From Lytechinus pictus (lineage: Eukaryota), in contig NC_087251.1 in NCBI RefSeq assembly GCF_037042905.1, forward strand, positions 2,792,001 to 2,856,000: a stretch of DNA of 64,000 nucleotides. Reading direction: 5' to 3'. Below, in pieces: positions 62,701-64,000 of this stretch. The notes beneath the pieces are model-generated. The model did not search any database. It saw only the letters and a list, made by a program, of their open reading frames with translations, and was not told where the DNA came from. How positions within the stretch are numbered: position 1 is the stretch's first letter; each line of letters opens with the position of its first letter. Position numbers and translations under genes: made by a program.

Positions 62701-64000
62701 TGTTGGCTCTCTCTCTCTTTCTTTCAGCAAAATACTCTATCTGTAAATCAAACATTTTGTTCATTTCATTATCAGAGTTGTGAATAAATTTCATTTCTTT
62801 TCCCAATTGTATTTGTAATGATGTAGATATTGATGAGCCACTAACATATGAGGAGGTAGGCATGTATCAACCTGAACCTCATAGAAAGAGACCCATTGTA
62901 CTGATTGGACCTCCACATGTTGGAAGACAAGAACTCAAACAAAGATTATTGGAATCAGATAGAAGATTCAAAGCAGCTGTACCTCGTAAGTAAAAATCAA
63001 CGAAAATCAGATCATTGGGGGTAAAAAAGAACTTTAAACATTATGATTACATCACTTATATGATAGGTCCACTGAGGGTTATTAGTTGTATGAATGAGAC
63101 ATGTAACCTGCAAGGGACCATGCATAAGGCACATTGACAGAGTATATAAGACCTGCTTTTACAAACTTTGCTCATTCTCCTGAAGATGACAAGAACACAG
63201 TTGTCGAAACGTCGAATTTGGATTGTCCTTTTCAGGACCAACAATTTCTCAAGAAAGACACATGGTGTACCGTGAAACCTACTACAATGTTTGAATGAAT
63301 TTCTAGTATGTATATCATATCTAATTCATCTTATTTACTTTGTTGAAATCTCCCTGTCATGCTCAATTTCCTCAGATGTGGCTTTCACTAATAATAAGTC
63401 TACTCAAACTTTGCTCACATACTCATCACTCACCAGCAGTCCTCCAATTGCACTTAGCAGTCAGTACAAATGACCAATTCCTCTTTTATTTGGGAGTTTT
63501 TATAACAGCTACGTAGATGCTTTGTGGAACATAGAGAAACATATACTCTTCATGACAGTCAAGTGTCTTTGTCTAGGGTCAGTGAATTGAAATGACAGTT
63601 TTATCTGTGACTCTGGACTCATGACATATTTGCAATTTTTCTTCAGCTCTGATATGTCAGATTGTGCAATCATTTATTTCATGCTAGGGGATGGGTCACA
63701 AGCGCCCCTCCCCATCCATTTGATTTAGGGTCCAAACCTTGATATCAGATTACATTGTGTTTTTTTCAGTCAATAAATTCATGCATGTAATTGGTCTGCA
63801 TTTGTGTATGTGCTACATTTGTATTTCTCTGCATGAATCTCTCTTTCCAGATACTACAAGAGTGATGAAAGAGCATGAAATAAATGGTGTTGACTACCAC
63901 TTCATCAGTAAAACACGTTTTGAACAGGATGTTGCTGCTAATAAGTTTGTAGAGTATGGAGATTATGAAGGAAACCTCTATGGTACATCATTGGATTCTA
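17618..64000 (+). CDS. MPP5: MAGUK p55 subfamily member 5 (PALS1/Stardust ortholog); gene span, 3' end beyond window
   Basis: 15 exons join with GT-AG sites and consistent phases into about 893 codons. Domain order PDZ0-ECR1-L27-L27-PDZ-SH3-[16 protein letters not shown] and [28 protein letters not shown] match PALS1/Stardust motifs as recalled. Confidence 0.9.
17921..18791. mobile_element. PIF/Harbinger-type MITE with nested TTAA-type element (about 18400-18770)
   Basis: TTA-GGGTGTGTTCAAT ... ATTGAACACACCC-TTA; the nested element matches 47818-48140 in reverse. Confidence 0.7.
18984..19348. mobile_element. MITE
   Basis: TIR CTGCACCAGCCAGAGTTT / AAACTCTGGCTGGTGCAG. Confidence 0.75.
20270..20765. 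mobile_element. Family A MITE, right end cut by a family C element
   Basis: Shared AAATTTCATCAAAATCGG...GAAAGTTATGACATTT arms. Confidence 0.8.
20766..21235 (+). mobile_element. Family C element copy
   Basis: Colinear similarity to the 11831 and 32205 copies, including the GGCGGC tract. Confidence 0.65.
21398..21512 (+). CDS. MPP5: MPP5 exon A2: N-half of extra PDZ ([39 protein letters not shown])
   Basis: Polypyrimidine tract plus TATAG acceptor; RFGFSVMGG carboxylate loop and betaB; donor G|GTAAGA, phase 1. Confidence 0.85.
22775..23617. mobile_element. Family A MITE containing a SINE
   Basis: TTAA-AGGTCAAG.CCACCCC ... GGGGTGGACTTGTCCT-TTAA. Confidence 0.85.
23053..23335 (+). mobile_element. 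tRNA-derived SINE inserted in a MITE
   Basis: A box TGGCCCAGTGG, B box GGTTCGAATCC, core CTCAACCCAGGTGAGGTAAATGGGTACC, L2-like tail and (TAT)n end. Confidence 0.9.
24473..24963. mobile_element. PIF/Harbinger-type MITE
   Basis: Perfect 18-bp TIR TATGCTTTTCACACTGCA, TSD TTA, internal GGGGTTAAG repeats. Confidence 0.85.
26609..27656. mobile_element. TIR element with TAA TSD, hosting a SINE
   Basis: GGCCA.GTAAAAAAAGA.AGTAGTTGATCGTCC inverted at both ends, flanked by TAA. Confidence 0.8.
26881..27159 (-). mobile_element. tRNA-derived SINE, related family
   Basis: Reverse complement carries the same head boxes, the same core (GGTACCCATTCACCTCACCTGGG on +) and a (TAT)n tail. Confidence 0.88.
27841..29017. 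mobile_element. Diverged family A MITE containing a nested element
   Basis: AAGTCCACCCC ... GGACTTGACCT-TTAA termini. Confidence 0.7.
28500..28974. mobile_element. CAG-ended element with 7-bp TSD
   Basis: CAGGGCTCCACACT ... AGTGTCGCGCACTG, duplication TCTATTC, internal TACTGGTC repeats. Confidence 0.7.
29100..30902. mobile_element. Tc1/mariner-like non-autonomous element (composite)
   Basis: TA-.AGTGCGTATAAAAAAAAAGTTTACAC ... GTGTAAACTTTTTTTATATGCACTG-TA. Confidence 0.7.
32205..34397 (+). mobile_element. Family C element copy interrupted by a Tc1/mariner-like element
   Basis: GTCTCACC...GTGAGACTA 5' end resumes at 33582 (TAGGCGCCGC), internal tandem units, 3' end CTCCACTTGTT. Confidence 0.7.
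32238..33579. mobile_element. Tc1/mariner-like element with long TIRs
   Basis: TA TSD, CAGTGCGTATAAAAA termini, about 270-bp imperfect inverted arms; cleanly interrupts family C. Confidence 0.85.
34700..35005. mobile_element. Family A MITE, right half
   Basis: Ends TTTTCTGGGGTGGACTTGACCTTT. Confidence 0.75.
35520..35795 (+). mobile_element. tRNA-derived SINE, degenerate
   Basis: GTGGTCTAGTGG...GGTTCGAA head, shared core, (TATTG)n tail. Confidence 0.8.
38386..38512 (+). CDS. MPP5: MPP5 alternative first coding exon B (MMGVPIESS...[23 protein letters not shown])
   Basis: TGA immediately before ATG ATG, 42 open codons, strong donor G|GTAAGC in phase 1, compatible with the 48310 exon. Preceded by about 1.3 kb free of recognisable repeats. 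Confidence 0.7.
39933..40791. mobile_element. PIF/Harbinger-type MITE
   Basis: TAA-TACCCCTTTCA ... TGAAAGGGGTA-TAA; CCGGCGAA subterminal repeats. Confidence 0.85.
40795..41145 (+). mobile_element. L2/CR1-group LINE 3' fragment
   Basis: Encodes PRTLRSS...[14 protein letters not shown]...[14 protein letters not shown] ORF2 C-terminus, followed by a 3' tail ending in (TAT)n. Confidence 0.8.
41318..43036. mobile_element. Internally deleted PIF/Harbinger transposon
   Basis: TAA TSD, TIR TACCCCCATCTCACT..A.GGCGAT, GC-rich subtermini, remnants of two convergent reading frames ([13 protein letters not shown] on +; basic then acidic PPRKRTRK...EEEE on -). Confidence 0.8.
44536..45640 (+). mobile_element. 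DINE-1/HINE-like element, family D, copy 2
   Basis: Same termini, (GTCC)n and tandem units as copy 1. Confidence 0.8.
44566..45078. mobile_element. CAGACCTGCCAAC-ended element with 6-bp TSD
   Basis: GTATTA duplicated at 44560 and 45079; it interrupts family D copy 2 at a site that is intact in copy 1. Confidence 0.8.
47818..48140. mobile_element. TTAA-target element, family B
   Basis: TTAAAG...ACCTTTAA ends; reverse-complement similarity to 18400-18770. Confidence 0.7.
48310..48419 (+). CDS. MPP5: MPP5 exon: C-half of extra PDZ ([37 protein letters not shown])
   Basis: TTTTACAG acceptor, classic [19 protein letters not shown] motifs, donor CAG|GTAAGT. Confidence 0.92.
48917..48974 (+). CDS. 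MPP5: MPP5 exon: last strand of extra PDZ ([19 protein letters not shown])
   Basis: TTTTACAG acceptor, donor G|GTAAGC, phase 0 in and phase 1 out. Confidence 0.85.
49700..50768. mobile_element. CC..GGG-ended non-autonomous element with ACGCCA(T/C)TTAGGGT repeats
   Basis: G/C-run termini and the same motif repeated near both ends. Confidence 0.55.
51910..52225. repeat. Degenerate (AAT/GAT)n tract with an internal about 120-bp duplication
   Basis: TAAAGTACCGGTA.TTGTAT.GTAATGATATTATC occurs twice within the triplet tract. Confidence 0.85.
53463..54064. mobile_element. Family A MITE, full length
   Basis: AGGTCAAGTCCACC ... GGAGTGGACTTGTCCT-TTAA. Confidence 0.85.
54948..55753 (+). CDS. MPP5: MPP5 large exon: disordered linker with ECR1/Par6-binding motif QREMGVDCP (55550-55576)
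   Basis: 806-nt open exon overlapping ORF 54989-55819, AAG acceptor, donor CAG|GTAAGA; phases fit both neighbours. Confidence 0.9.
56400..56745. repeat. Long near-perfect inverted repeat (arms about 170 bp)
   Basis: TTCACATTTTACATCTTTAAATCCATGAAATGGCCATCT... mirrored at the right end; a diverged relative lies at 29979-30420. Confidence 0.92.
57226..57620. repeat. Tandem repeat, 133-bp unit, 3 copies
   Basis: TGAAATTATTTCTTATTGG recurs at 57226, 57359, 57492; units contain AAAGGTCA motifs like the HINE internal arrays. Confidence 0.9.
57770..57899 (+). CDS. MPP5: MPP5 exon (NSSQNNSQ...PPTKKIL)
   Basis: TTTGCAG acceptor, donor A|GTGAGT, phase 0 to 1. Confidence 0.85.
58448..58656 (+). CDS. 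MPP5: MPP5 exon: L27N domain (LQDLFATL...[19 protein letters not shown]...)
   Basis: TTCTAG acceptor, helical L27N-like pattern, donor GAG|GTAGTT. Confidence 0.88.
59138..59212 (+). CDS. MPP5: MPP5 exon: L27C part 1 (IAYS...[15 protein letters not shown])
   Basis: AATAG acceptor, L27 motif EL..LL..P, donor AGG|GTAATA. Confidence 0.85.
59883..60023 (+). CDS. MPP5: MPP5 exon: L27C end and PDZ start ([10 protein letters not shown]...[14 protein letters not shown])
   Basis: TTTGTAG acceptor, LL.AHD.VA L27 motif, donor TTG|GTAAGT. Confidence 0.93.
60360..60570. repeat. Degenerate (CAT/CAC)n microsatellite
   Basis: Directly visible. Confidence 0.9.
60707..60868 (+). CDS. MPP5: MPP5 exon: canonical PDZ core (GATILNE...[20 protein letters not shown]...DLM)
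   Basis: TTTAG acceptor, MPP-type PDZ motifs, donor ATG|GTATGT. Confidence 0.95.
61129..61212 (+). CDS. MPP5: MPP5 exon: PDZ end and linker ([14 protein letters not shown]...TVL)
   Basis: TAACAG acceptor, donor CTG|GTAAGA, phase 0. Confidence 0.9.
61585..61776. repeat. 33-bp minisatellite spanning the SH3 exon acceptor
   Basis: AG|ATGCATATGA at 61605, 61635, 61668, 61701, 61734, 61767. Confidence 0.95.
61767..61966 (+). CDS. MPP5: MPP5 exon: SH3 domain ([34 protein letters not shown])
   Basis: MPP-type SH3 motifs, TGTAG acceptor, donor CA|GTGAGT (phase 2). Confidence 0.96.
62489..62625 (+). CDS. MPP5: MPP5 exon: HOOK region with Lys-rich stretch
   Basis: TTCACAG acceptor, REAMK...LLC...KKKKKK, donor G|GTAAGT. 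Confidence 0.92.
62827..62985 (+). CDS. MPP5: MPP5 exon: GUK start (LTYEEV...[27 protein letters not shown])
   Basis: MAGUK TYEEV and RPIVLIGP motifs, donor C|GTAAGT. Confidence 0.95.
63174..63217 (+). ncRNA. Minimal hammerhead motif in a probable solo PLE pLTR remnant
   Basis: attctc-CTGAAGA-T-GACAA(gaacacag)TTGTC-GAAA-CG-TC-gaat: canonical core, 5-bp stem II, palindromic ACGT stem III, imperfect stem I. TATATAAG at 63143. Confidence 0.72.
63851..64000 (+). CDS. MPP5: MPP5 exon: GUK (HTTR...GVDYHFIS...FVEYG.Y.GNLYGTS), cut by window end
   Basis: TTCCAG acceptor and guanylate-kinase-like motifs. Confidence 0.96.

Overview
Eukaryotic, AT-rich, transposon-saturated animal DNA; the repeat landscape suggests an invertebrate deuterostome such as a sea urchin (inference only). 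The main feature is one + strand multi-exon gene for the MAGUK polarity scaffold MPP5/PALS1/Stardust. It was rebuilt by hand from 15 coding exons with consistent GT-AG phases (about 893 codons, 17618 to the window end): extra N-terminal PDZ, Par6-binding REMxVDCP motif, two L27, PDZ, SH3, HOOK, partial GUK. A second ATG-bearing exon at 38386-38512 can replace the first half of the extra PDZ. A tRNA-Ser(GCT) gene lies upstream on the - strand. The introns hold a decayed Penelope-like retroelement, two minimal hammerhead ribozyme motifs, tRNA-derived SINEs, an L2-type 3' fragment, Helentron/DINE-1-like elements and many nested MITEs. The most notable observations are the split PDZ with interchangeable N-halves, a 33-bp array that copies the SH3-exon splice acceptor with a stop codon in every upstream copy, the sense-strand intronic hammerheads, and a Harbinger derivative carrying a copy of nearby DNA. 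All calls are by eye; no searches were run.
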